Assembly (NCBI GenBank): GCA_023129715.1
Contig: JAGMBO010000054.1
Coordinates: 38,291-102,290 of the forward strand
Length of the DNA stretch: 64,000 nucleotides
Direction of reading: 5' to 3'
DNA from: Candidatus Eiseniibacteriota bacterium
GTDB taxonomy: Bacteria > Eisenbacteria > RBG-16-71-46 > CAIMUX01 > WJJG01
Below are positions 55,925-64,000 of the stretch, one piece after another. The translations under genes were made by a program, and so were the position numbers. Every line of letters starts with the position of its first letter. Position 1 is the first letter of the stretch. Below the pieces are notes generated by a model that saw only the letters and a list, made by a program, of their open reading frames with translations, was not told the origin of the DNA and did not search any database.

Positions 55925-58385
55925 CACGGGGCACCTTCGCCTTGCACTCGGGGCAGGCGTAGTGCGGTCCATCCCGTTTCGTCTCCCGCTCGACCATCAG
56001 TGGGAACTTGCACTCGGGACAGGCACGGGCCACCGGGGGATCCCAAACCGCGTAGCGACATTCAGGGTACCGGCTGCACCCGTAGAAGCGCCGGCGCCCC
56101 CGGGTGCGTTTCTCGACCAACTGCCCCGCGCAGTCCTTCACCGGACAGGCGACCCCGGTTTCCTCGCGCTTGATGTACCGGCACTCCGGATAGCTGCTGC
56201 AGCCCACGTAATCCCCGTAGCGCCCCGACTTGCGCGCCAGGCGTTGGCCGCACTCGGGACACTGCTCATCGAGCAGCACGTCATGCCGTACCTCGACAGC
56301 GCCATCCTCGATCTTGATCCGACGGGTCGTCTTGCACTCGGGATAACCGGTGCACGCCAGGAACATGCCCCAGCGGCCGCGCCGGAGCGTCATCGGGCGC
56401 CCACACTTCGGACAGCTCTCATCGACCGCGGGAGCGGGCTGGTCCTTCTCGTCGAGATCCCGCGTCTGGCGGCACTCGGGGTAGCGGGAACAGGCGAGGA
56501 ATTCCCCGAAGCGGCCCCAGCGTTTGACCATTGGTGAGCCACAGAGTTCGCAAGTGAAGTCGGTCGGTTCCTGGCGCAGCTTGACATTCTCCATCTCCTC
56601 GCGCGCCTTCTCGAGATCGTCGCGGAACTTGGCGGCGAAATCACGCAACGTGGCGAGACCCGCCTTGCTCCCCTCCTCGATCTTGTCGAGCTCCTCTTCG
56701 AGCCGCGCGGTGTAGGCGATCGCGAAGATGTCACCGAAGTGCTGCACCAGCAGGTCGAGCACCGTCTCTCCCAAGCGGGTCGGGTGGAAGCGCCCCTCAT
56801 CCTTGGCGACGTAGCTCTTGTCCGAAATCACCGAGAGGATCGCGGCATAGGTCGAGGGGCGGCCGATGCCGTTCTCCTCCAACGCGCGCACCAACGAAGC
56901 CTCGCTGTAGCGCGGCGGCGGCTGGGTCTCGTTCTGCTCGGGCCGGATCCTCTCCGCCGTCAGTCCGCCGCCCTCCTGGAGCGGCGGCAGATCGGTGTCG
57001 CCGGCGGTGCCTCCGGTGCCGCTGCTGTTCCCCGCGGCATCGTCCTCGCGCACCTCCTGGTAGATCTGACGCCAGCCGGCGAAACGCAGCACCTGGCCGG
57101 TGGCCCGCAGGCGGGCCTCGCCGGCGGCGATCTCGACGCGGGTGATGTCGAATTCCGCCGCAGCCATCTGGCTCGCCAGGAAGCGGTTCCAGATCAAGGT
57201 GTAGAGCTTCAGTTCGGCAGCGCTCAGGTGCCCGGCGAGCTTCTCGGGCGGCAGATCGAGCGAGGTCGGCCGGATCGCCTCGTGGGCATCCTGCGCCGAC
57301 TTCTTCTGACGGAAATGCCGCGGCTTCGCCGGCACGAAGCGTTCCCCGTGGAGTTGGGTGATCAGCCGGCGCGCGGCTTCCTGGGCCTCCCCCGCCACGC
57401 GCACCGAGTCGGTGCGCATGTACGTGATCAGGCCTACCTGCCCCAGCTCGCCGAGGTCTTTGCCCTCGTAGAGCGACTGCGCCAGGCGCATCGTCTGGCG
57501 CACCGGCAGGTGGAAGCGCCGGGCAGCCTCCTGCTGCAGCTTGCTCGTCGTGAAGGGGGGCGCCGGCGAGCGCCGCGAGTGCTTCGCCTCGACCTCGGCC
57601 ACGGTGAAGGTCGCCTGGCGCAGCGCCTCGACGACTTCCGCGGCGGCCGCCTCGTCGGGCAGCCCCGGGTTGCGCCCCTTCTCGCTCTCCTTCTTCCAGG
57701 GCACCCCCGTACCGCGCCAGGAGATCAACTTGGCTTCGAAGGGCTCCCCCTCGCCGGCACGCAGCCGCGCGGTTACCGTCCAGTACTCGACCGCCTCGAA
57801 GGCCCGGATCTCGCGCTCGCGCTCGACGATCATCCGCAGCGCGACCGTTTGCACGCGCCCGGCGGAGAGCCCGCGGCGGACCTTGTCCCACAGCAACGGC
57901 GAGATGCGGTAGCCGACGATGCGATCGAGGATCCGCCGCGCCTGCTGGGCGTCGACTTTCTCCGCCGAGATCGCCCGGGGCGCGTCGAGAGCCGAGCGCA
58001 CCGCGCCGCGGGTGATCTCGTGGAAGAGAACCCGCTCGATCGGCAGATCGATCTTCTTGCCCCGCAGGATCTGCTCGAGATGCCAGCAGATTGCCTCCCC
58101 CTCGCGATCGGGGTCGGCCGCCAGGAAGATGCCTGTGCTGCCGCGAGCCGCCTGCAAGATCTCGTCGATCACCTTGCGCTTGTCGCGCAAGATGATGTAC
58201 TGGGGTGCGAAGTCGTGCTCCTCGTCGATCCCGATCCAGTCAGGATCGCCCTTCTTCTTGGGGTTCTTGGGCAGGTCCCGCACGTGACCCATCGAGGCCT
58301 TGACCTGAAAACCCTTGCCGAGAAAGCGCTCGATCGTGCGAGCCTTGGCGGGAGATTCCACGATGACGAGTTGCCGCTTGGCCAT
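55887..58385 (-). CDS. topA: DNA topoisomerase I with about five C-terminal Zn ribbons
   Basis: IVESPAKA, DPDREGEAI, SAGRVQ, LITYMRTDS, GIGRPSTY, repeated CxxC ribbons. Confidence 0.96.
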   Translation of the reverse strand: MAKRQLVIVESPAKARTIERFLGKGFQVKASMGHVRDLPKNPKKKGDPDWIGIDEEHDFAPQYIILRDKRKVIDEILQAARGSTGIFLAADPDREGEAICWHLEQILRGKKIDLPIERVLFHEITRGAVRSALDAPRAISAEKVDAQQARRILDRIVGYRISPLLWDKVRRGLSAGRVQTVALRMIVEREREIRAFEAVEYWTVTARLRAGEGEPFEAKLISWRGTGVPWKKESEKGRNPGLPDEAAAAEVVEALRQATFTVAEVEAKHSRRSPAPPFTTSKLQQEAARRFHLPVRQTMRLAQSLYEGKDLGELGQVGLITYMRTDSVRVAGEAQEAARRLITQLHGERFVPAKPRHFRQKKSAQDAHEAIRPTSLDLPPEKLAGHLSAAELKLYTLIWNRFLASQMAAAEFDITRVEIAAGEARLRATGQVLRFAGWRQIYQEVREDDAAGNSSGTGGTAGDTDLPPLQEGGGLTAERIRPEQNETQPPPRYSEASLVRALEENGIGRPSTYAAILSVISDKSYVAKDEGRFHPTRLGETVLDLLVQHFGDIFAIAYTARLEEELDKIEEGSKAGLATLRDFAAKFRDDLEKAREEMENVKLRQEPTDFTCELCGSPMVKRWGRFGEFLACSRYPECRQTRDLDEKDQPAPAVDESCPKCGRPMTLRRGRWGMFLACTGYPECKTTRRIKIEDGAVEVRHDVLLDEQCPECGQRLARKSGRYGDYVGCSSYPECRYIKREETGVACPVKDCAGQLVEKRTRGRRRFYGCSRYPECRYAVWDPPVARACPECKFPLMVERETKRDGPHYACPECKAKVPRDAEKTVDDKPAS

Positions 58386-58450
58386 CCACCCTCCTGCTGC
58401 CGCGCGCCGGTCGGGGAGCAGTCCCCGCCGGGACCCTGAGCGCCCCGCCC

Positions 58451-61400
58451 CTAGGTGGCTCCGCAGCAGTGCTTGTACTTCTTGCCGCTCCCGCACGGAC
58501 AGGGCTCGTTGCGCCCCACCTTGCGCTGGGATCGAACGATCGTCTTACCCCGCTGCGCCGCCGCTGCTCCGCTGGCGCTCCGCCCCCCGCTCGTGATGCT
58601 CGTACCGACCGGCGGCGCCACCGGCGCCCGCTCCGCCAGACCACCCATCTCGGCGTGGCGCGCTTCGCCCTGGGGCGCGGGTGCCGCCGGCGCCGCGGGC
58701 GCCGCAGCCTCGCGCTGCACCTGAACGCGGAACAGCAGGCGCAGGGTGTCCTCACCGATCTGCGTCATCATCTCCTCGAACATCCGGAAGGCCTCGCCCT
58801 TGTACTCGAGCAGAGGATCCTTCTGCCCATAGGCGCGCAGTCCGATGCCGCCGCGCAGCATATCGACTTCGTAGAGATGGTCCTTCCAGTGCTCGTCAAT
58901 CACCCGCAGATAGAGCTGGCGCTCGACCTCCCGCGCCGTCGCCTCGCCCCACTCGCTTTCGCGCGCCTGGTAGGCGCCCCGGGCGATGCGCTCGGCCTCC
59001 TCGGCCAGCGGCTGGGGAGCGTCCTTCTCGCGGCGCTGGCGCTGGCTTGCCGCCAGATCCTGCCACACGCCGCGCAGTTCGAAGGGCACCAGGAAGACCC
59101 GTTCGAGCTCCTCGGCGGCGTCGGTGAGCGCGCGGGCGGCCGCTTCCTCGGGATCCTCGAACCCCTCACGGGTCGGGGCAAACACCCCCTCGAGCTTGCG
59201 CTCGACGAGCTCGGAAATCAGTCCCTGGACCTCCTCCGCCAGACTCTCTCCATCTAGAATCTGGCCACGAATTCCATAGACCACCTCGCGCTGCTGATTC
59301 ATCACATTGTCGTATTCGAGCAAGTGCTTACGAATACTGAAGTTGTGTTCCTCCACGCGCTTCTGCGCCCGCTCGATCGCCTTGGTGACGAAGTCATGCT
59401 CGATCACCTCGCCCTCGGCCGCGCCCATTTTCTCCATCAGCGCCGAGATGCGCTCGCTGCCGAAGAGGCGCATCAGATCGTCCTCCAGCGAGAGGAAGAA
59501 GCGGCTCGACCCGGGGTCCCCCTGCCGCCCGGATCGGCCCCGCAGCTGCCGGTCGATCCGTCGGCTCTCGTGGCGTTCGGTGCCGACGATGTGGAGCCCG
59601 CAGGGAATGTCGGCCTCGCAGATCCGCACCCCCTCGCTCGCCTGGCAGTCACCGATACCCTCGGCGGAACGCACCAAACACTTGCGGCCCTTGACGACGC
59701 CCTGACCCAGCTTGATGTCGGTGCCCCGGCCCGCCATGTTGGTCGCGATCGTCACCGCGCCCGGGCTTCCCGCCCGAATGACGATTTCCGCCTCGGCCTC
59801 GTGGTGCTTGGCATTGAGCACCGAATGATTGATCCCGCGGCGTTTCAGCATCCGGCTCAGCGTCTCAGAGACCTCCACGGTGACCGTACCGACCAGCACG
59901 GGGCGCCCCATCGCGTGGACGCGGGCGATCTCCTCGATGATCGCGTTGTACTTCTCACGGCGCGTGCGAAAAACGAGATCGTTGTAGTCGACCCGCCGCA
60001 CCGCCTCGTTGGTCGGCATGACGGTCACGTCGAGCTTGTAGATCTCGAAAAGCTCGGAGGCTTCCGTCTCGGCGGTCCCGGTCATGCCGGCCAGCTTCTC
60101 GTAGAGCCGGAAGTAGTTCTGTAGCGTGATCGTCGCCCAGGTCTGCGTCTCCCCCTCGACGCGGACCTTCTCCTTCGCCTCAAGCGCCTGGTGCAGGCCC
60201 TCGCTGAAGCGCCGTCCCGGCATCAGACGTCCGGTGAACTCGTCGACAATCAGCACCTTGTCGTCCTGGACGACATACTCGACGTCCCGCTCGAAGAGGC
60301 AGAAGGCGCGCAGGAGCTGGTGCATCGTGTGCAACTCGTCGGACTTCGCGCCATACTGCCGATGGATCTCCTGCTTGCGCGCCAGCCGTTCCTTCGCGTC
60401 CAGGTCGGAGTCGTTTTCGAGCGCTCCGATCGCCTCGGAGAGATCGGGAAGCACGAAGTAGTCGGGATCCTTCGGCGAGAGGAAGGTACGCCCCTTGTCA
60501 GAGAGATTGATGCTCTGGTCGCGCTCGTCGATCGAATAGTAGAGATCCTCGTCGAGCACGTGCAGGCGCTTGTCCCGCATGAAGTCGCTCTCGACGCGAT
60601 GGATCAGCGCCTTGAGGTTACGATCGGCGAGGAGTTTGAGGAAGCGCTTGTGCTTCGGCGCCGCCCGTTGCACCTGGAGCATGGCCACGCCGGCCTCGTA
60701 ATCGGCGTCGCCCTGCGGCTCCTCGCCCGCCTCTGCGGCGCGATCACTGTCGGCCAGCAGCCGTTCGGCACTGTTGAGCATTTCTCCAACCAGCGCCGTC
60801 TGGGCCCGCACCAACCGGTCGACTGGATCGCGCAGCGCGTCGTAGCGTTGATGGGAGGCGGCCACCGGACCGGAGATGATCAGCGGCGTGCGCGCCTCGT
60901 CGACGAGCACCGAGTCGACCTCATCGACGATCGCGTAGTGGTGGCCCCGCTGGACCTGGTCCGACTTCCGCACCGCCATGTTGTCGCGCAAGTAGTCGAA
61001 ACCGAACTCGTTGTTCGTCCCGTAGCTGACATCGCAAGCGTAGCCGGCCCGGCGGGCGACGTTGTCCAGGTCGTGATGGATCACACCCACCGTCAGCCCC
61101 AAGAAGCGCAGGATCTCCCCCATCCACTCGCTGTCCCGGCGCGCCAGGTAGTCGTTGACCGTCACCAGATGGCAGCCCTTGCCGGACAGGGCATTGAGGT
61201 AGAGAGGCATCACCGCAACGAGGGTCTTGCCCTCTCCGGTCGCCATCTCGGCGATCCGGCCCTGGTGGAGAACAATCGCCCCGACGAGCTGGACGTCATA
61301 GGGCACCATCTCCCAGGTGATCTCGTGTCCCACCACGCTCCAGCGCCGCCCCACGTGGCGCCGGCAGGCCTCCTTGACCACCGCAAACGCCTCGGGCAAA

Positions 61401-61609
61401 AGATCATCGACCGTCTCTCCAGCTGCGAGCCGGCTGCGGAACTCCTCGGTCTTGCCTCGCAGCGCCTCGTCATCGAGATCGGCGAGCGTGCCCCAGGCCT
61501 CGTTGATCTCCTCCACCAGGGGCCAGAGCGGGCGCATGTCCCGCTCGTGCTTCGTGCCAAAGACACGGGTCAGGTTGCGCGCGGCAAGTTTTCTGATCGC
61601 ATCGAACAT
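58451..61609 (-). CDS. secA: Preprotein translocase ATPase SecA
   Basis: MATGEGKT, DEVDS, GMTGTA, TNMAGRGTDI, QLRGRSGRQGDPG, SEC-C GRNEPCPCGSGKKYKHCC. Confidence 0.97.
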   Translation of the reverse strand: MFDAIRKLAARNLTRVFGTKHERDMRPLWPLVEEINEAWGTLADLDDEALRGKTEEFRSRLAAGETVDDLLPEAFAVVKEACRRHVGRRWSVVGHEITWEMVPYDVQLVGAIVLHQGRIAEMATGEGKTLVAVMPLYLNALSGKGCHLVTVNDYLARRDSEWMGEILRFLGLTVGVIHHDLDNVARRAGYACDVSYGTNNEFGFDYLRDNMAVRKSDQVQRGHHYAIVDEVDSVLVDEARTPLIISGPVAASHQRYDALRDPVDRLVRAQTALVGEMLNSAERLLADSDRAAEAGEEPQGDADYEAGVAMLQVQRAAPKHKRFLKLLADRNLKALIHRVESDFMRDKRLHVLDEDLYYSIDERDQSINLSDKGRTFLSPKDPDYFVLPDLSEAIGALENDSDLDAKERLARKQEIHRQYGAKSDELHTMHQLLRAFCLFERDVEYVVQDDKVLIVDEFTGRLMPGRRFSEGLHQALEAKEKVRVEGETQTWATITLQNYFRLYEKLAGMTGTAETEASELFEIYKLDVTVMPTNEAVRRVDYNDLVFRTRREKYNAIIEEIARVHAMGRPVLVGTVTVEVSETLSRMLKRRGINHSVLNAKHHEAEAEIVIRAGSPGAVTIATNMAGRGTDIKLGQGVVKGRKCLVRSAEGIGDCQASEGVRICEADIPCGLHIVGTERHESRRIDRQLRGRSGRQGDPGSSRFFLSLEDDLMRLFGSERISALMEKMGAAEGEVIEHDFVTKAIERAQKRVEEHNFSIRKHLLEYDNVMNQQREVVYGIRGQILDGESLAEEVQGLISELVERKLEGVFAPTREGFEDPEEAAARALTDAAEELERVFLVPFELRGVWQDLAASQRQRREKDAPQPLAEEAERIARGAYQARESEWGEATAREVERQLYLRVIDEHWKDHLYEVDMLRGGIGLRAYGQKDPLLEYKGEAFRMFEEMMTQIGEDTLRLLFRVQVQREAAAPAAPAAPAPQGEARHAEMGGLAERAPVAPPVGTSITSGGRSASGAAAAQRGKTIVRSQRKVGRNEPCPCGSGKKYKHCCGAT

Positions 61610-61695
61610 CGGCTCTCTCTTCCCTCGGGGGCGCCTTCACCGCTCGTGAGCGGCCTCGGCCGCAGCGCCCCCCTCAGCGGCGCAGGTGAGCGGCA

Positions 61696-61725
61696 ACGCT
61701 AGCAAAGCCCCGGCCGGACCTGCAA
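61696..61725 (-). promoter_or_regulatory. Putative secA promoter
   Basis: TTGCAG-N18-TAGCGT with TG extension. Confidence 0.4.
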
Positions 61726-61765
61726 GAGGCTTTGCCCCCCGCCCTTGCGGTGCCCGACACCGCGG

Positions 61766-62368
61766 CTAATGGATCAACGTCATCGCGAACCCGGCCGCCA
61801 GGGGAATTCGCAAATTGTCGTCGAGGGGAATCGGCAGCAACTCGATGAGCGTCGCCATCACGGCCCCGACGATCCTCTCGTGCCAGCCGAGCTCCGGAAT
61901 CAGCCAGGCGATTCCGATGCAGACCAGCAAACAGGCCAGACTGCCCTCGAGTGTCTTGCCGAAGATACGCGTGCGGCCGATCGAACGACCGACCAGCGCC
62001 GCAACGCTATCCCCGACGATCAGAAACCCCAGCGCCGCGACCGCCACCGGCTTCCGGAAGGCGTAGACGCAGATCAGGCTCGAGAGCAGCAGATAGGTTC
62101 CGCCGAGCAGGTTGTAGCGCTCGTGGTCCCGGATCAACCGCCCGAAGAAAATGTAGAAGAACGACCGCATGCGCGGCTCGTTGAGCCGCACGACCTCGAT
62201 GACGAAGGAGAGCACCGTCAGGGTGGCCAGGATCGCGCGCCCCAGCGGCTCCTCGATGAAGTAGTAGCCGATCGGGATCGACACTCCCGACAGGTGGATC
62301 GTCTTGCGGCCGATTTCCCGAAACCACCCCACAGGAGCCTCCGACACACACCGGACCCTAGCATCCAC
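61766..62368 (-). CDS. Dolichol/phytol kinase-like (CTP-dependent kinase/cytidylyltransferase family) membrane protein
   Basis: EIGRKTIHL, GDSVAALVG...GKTLEGS, DDNLRIP; start approximate. Confidence 0.8.
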   Translation of the reverse strand: MDARVRCVSEAPVGWFREIGRKTIHLSGVSIPIGYYFIEEPLGRAILATLTVLSFVIEVVRLNEPRMRSFFYIFFGRLIRDHERYNLLGGTYLLLSSLICVYAFRKPVAVAALGFLIVGDSVAALVGRSIGRTRIFGKTLEGSLACLLVCIGIAWLIPELGWHERIVGAVMATLIELLPIPLDDNLRIPLAAGFAMTLIH

Positions 62369-62399
62369 GCCCCCAGCTTGCGGGAGCGCGCCGGGGCTG

Positions 62400-64000
62400 T
62401 CAATCGGAGGGCGCAGGGTCTTGGCCCGAGGACCCCGACGCTCGGCCGGAGGGCGCGGAGCTCTCGCCGGCCGGCTCGAGGCATCGGCCGGCTGACCCGG
62501 CCCCCTCGCCGGTCGCCTCGGAGACCACCCCCGGCAACGCTGGCGGATAGAGAGTGCGCAGGAAGCCATGGTGCATCAGGACGCTCTTGACGAAGCGCCG
62601 CGTCTCACCATACCCGATCAGCTCGATGAAATGGTCCAGGCCCTCCGCCCGCGCCCGCCAGCCCAGAGCCCGCTGCAGCCCACCATTGTAAGCGGCCAGC
62701 GCGACCGGCAGCTCCCCGTCGGCAGCTTCAAGCAATTCCAGCAGGTGCCGACTGCCGAGCATGATGTTGTCCGCCGCGCGATGGAGATCGAAGTCCCGCC
62801 ACCCCAGCGAATCGGCCATGCGCCGGGCGGTCGCCGGCATCAACTGCATCAGGCCTCGGGCTCCCGCCGAAGAGCGGGCGCAGATCTCGAGCAGCGACTC
62901 CTGCCGCATGACGGCGAGCAGCAGGGCGGGTGAGAGGTCGCAGCGCTCCGCGGCGGCGGCGACCTCCGGCGCATAGGCCACCGGATAGCGCGCCCGCCGG
63001 TCTCCAACCCGAATCCCGATCCGGATCGCCTCGCCCTGATCGCCGAGTGCCCGCAGCAGGGCGGCGCGCTCGGAAGCATTCAGCGCCCGCCAGCCCGGCA
63101 GGCGCCTCCATTGGGCCCGTGCCCACCCCACCTCTCCGGCATGCAGGAAGAGAACGCCGAGACGCGCGATCGGCTGATCGGCGATCAGGTTTAGCAGGCG
63201 CTCCCGCTCGATGGCGTCGAGATGGGCACTCGCCGCCGGCCAGGCCCAGCTGGCCGGATCCCGAGCTTCCTCGGCCCAGGACACCCACGCACAGGAATCG
63301 TCCCGGCATCCATCACCCGCCACGCGCAAGGCCTGACGGGCACGAAAGGCGAAGTAGCCGGGGTTGCGCTCCTCCGCCCCCCGGATCAGGTAGTCATCGG
63401 TTGCCGTCTTTCTTGCGGTCCCGGCCCCGGTCCGGGCCCCGGCCCCGCTGCCTGTCCCCGGCTCGCTCTCTGCCGCGGCCTCCAAGAGGGCCCGCCACAG
63501 GCACGGCCCCGCCGTCTGATCGGACCGCGCCGACGCACAAAGCATCTCCAGTCTCGACCGCGCCGCCTCGGCATCCCCCGCGCGGAACCGGCAGAGCGCT
63601 TCGCGCAATTGGCTCTCGCGCGTAAAGCGGCTCTCCGGCAAGCGCACCTGCAATTCCCGATAGCACTCCGCCGCTCGCGCCCAGTACTGGCCATCCTCGA
63701 GCTCGCGCGCCAGCTCCCAGAGCGCCACGGCCGCCTCGAGCGCCTCCCGCGCCGTCATCGACGCCGCCGCGACGCCGGGCAGCGCGGCGCGCCGAAAGGC
63801 CGCCTCCATCGCCGCCACATCGCCCCGCCGGCGCTGCCGCCGCCCCTCCAGCAGGGCCGCGTAGAGGACCGTCTCGCGGTTGCCCGCACCCGCCGTCCAG
63901 GTGGCCGCAGCCGTGAACGCCGCCTCCCAACCCACCGCCTGGAGCGCCCCCAGGATCGCACGCGTCGCCCGGTTGCGGTCGCCCGCCTCGAGCACCTCGC
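62400..64000 (-). CDS. Soluble lytic transglycosylase (Slt-like, TPR-like + SLT domain), 5' truncated
   Basis: AVMRQES, SSAGARGLMQLMP, AAYNGG, ETRRFVK. Confidence 0.88.
   Translation of the reverse strand, partial: EVLEAGDRNRATRAILGALQAVGWEAAFTAAATWTAGAGNRETVLYAALLEGRRQRRRGDVAAMEAAFRRAALPGVAAASMTAREALEAAVALWELARELEDGQYWARAAECYRELQVRLPESRFTRESQLREALCRFRAGDAEAARSRLEMLCASARSDQTAGPCLWRALLEAAAESEPGTGSGAGARTGAGTARKTATDDYLIRGAEERNPGYFAFRARQALRVAGDGCRDDSCAWVSWAEEARDPASWAWPAASAHLDAIERERLLNLIADQPIARLGVLFLHAGEVGWARAQWRRLPGWRALNASERAALLRALGDQGEAIRIGIRVGDRRARYPVAYAPEVAAAAERCDLSPALLLAVMRQESLLEICARSSAGARGLMQLMPATARRMADSLGWRDFDLHRAADNIMLGSRHLLELLEAADGELPVALAAYNGGLQRALGWRARAEGLDHFIELIGYGETRRFVKSVLMHHGFLRTLYPPALPGVVSEATGEGAGSAGRCLEPAGESSAPSGRASGSSGQDPAPSD

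Noticed and set aside
21198-58453. Many genes ending in TAG as a sign of stop-codon recoding
   Set aside because: The TAG stops fall at the expected C-termini of conserved proteins (BamA, HslU, ArgF, SecA); no pyl genes or suppressor tRNA seen
22904-61702. Long plus-strand ORFs (e.g. 22904-24901, 39266-41569, 56739-58439, 60191-61702)
   Set aside because: Antisense shadows of well-supported minus-strand genes in a high-GC genome; Arg/Pro/Ala-rich with no recognisable motifs

Overview
High-GC (visually ~70%) diderm bacterial chromosome segment, almost entirely housekeeping: about 55 CDSs and 3 tRNAs, with all but four genes on the minus strand. The fused lpxC-fabZ, long SecA, FlgD-Ig/T9SS-like C-terminal domain protein and mcsAB-clpC suggest an FCB-related lineage such as Ca. 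Eisenbacteria (inference). In transcription order the blocks are: slt, polyprenol-kinase-like gene, secA, topA-xerC-hslV-hslU-argF-lipoprotein-dapF; antisense rpsT; lnt-rlmI-like-MTase-truA; fsa-htrA-purB-purF-lolC/E-lolD-mcsA-mcsB-clpC-bamA-skp-lpxD-lpxC/fabZ-lpxA-gnnA-like-lpxB-DUF374-waaA-lpxK; nadB-GT9-hyp-mutL-miaA-tRNA-Gly; DUF512-der-plsY-gpsA-merR-tRNA-Pro-surE-pcm-COG2426-tRNA-Pro-rpoS-like sigma-apt; then a secreted dockerin-like protein, MATE, TMTC-like GT-C and a CoA-ligase fragment. I found no CRISPR array, prophage, IS or defence island and no clearly new stand-alone system. The best leads are a CtsR-less arginine-kinase/ClpC module embedded in the outer-membrane biogenesis cluster, a LolC/E with an extra ~165-aa membrane domain, a 4-Cys insert in SecA, an RBS-occluding hairpin before the RpoS-like sigma, and short repeats at gene ends. 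Product calls come from motif recognition, not database searches.
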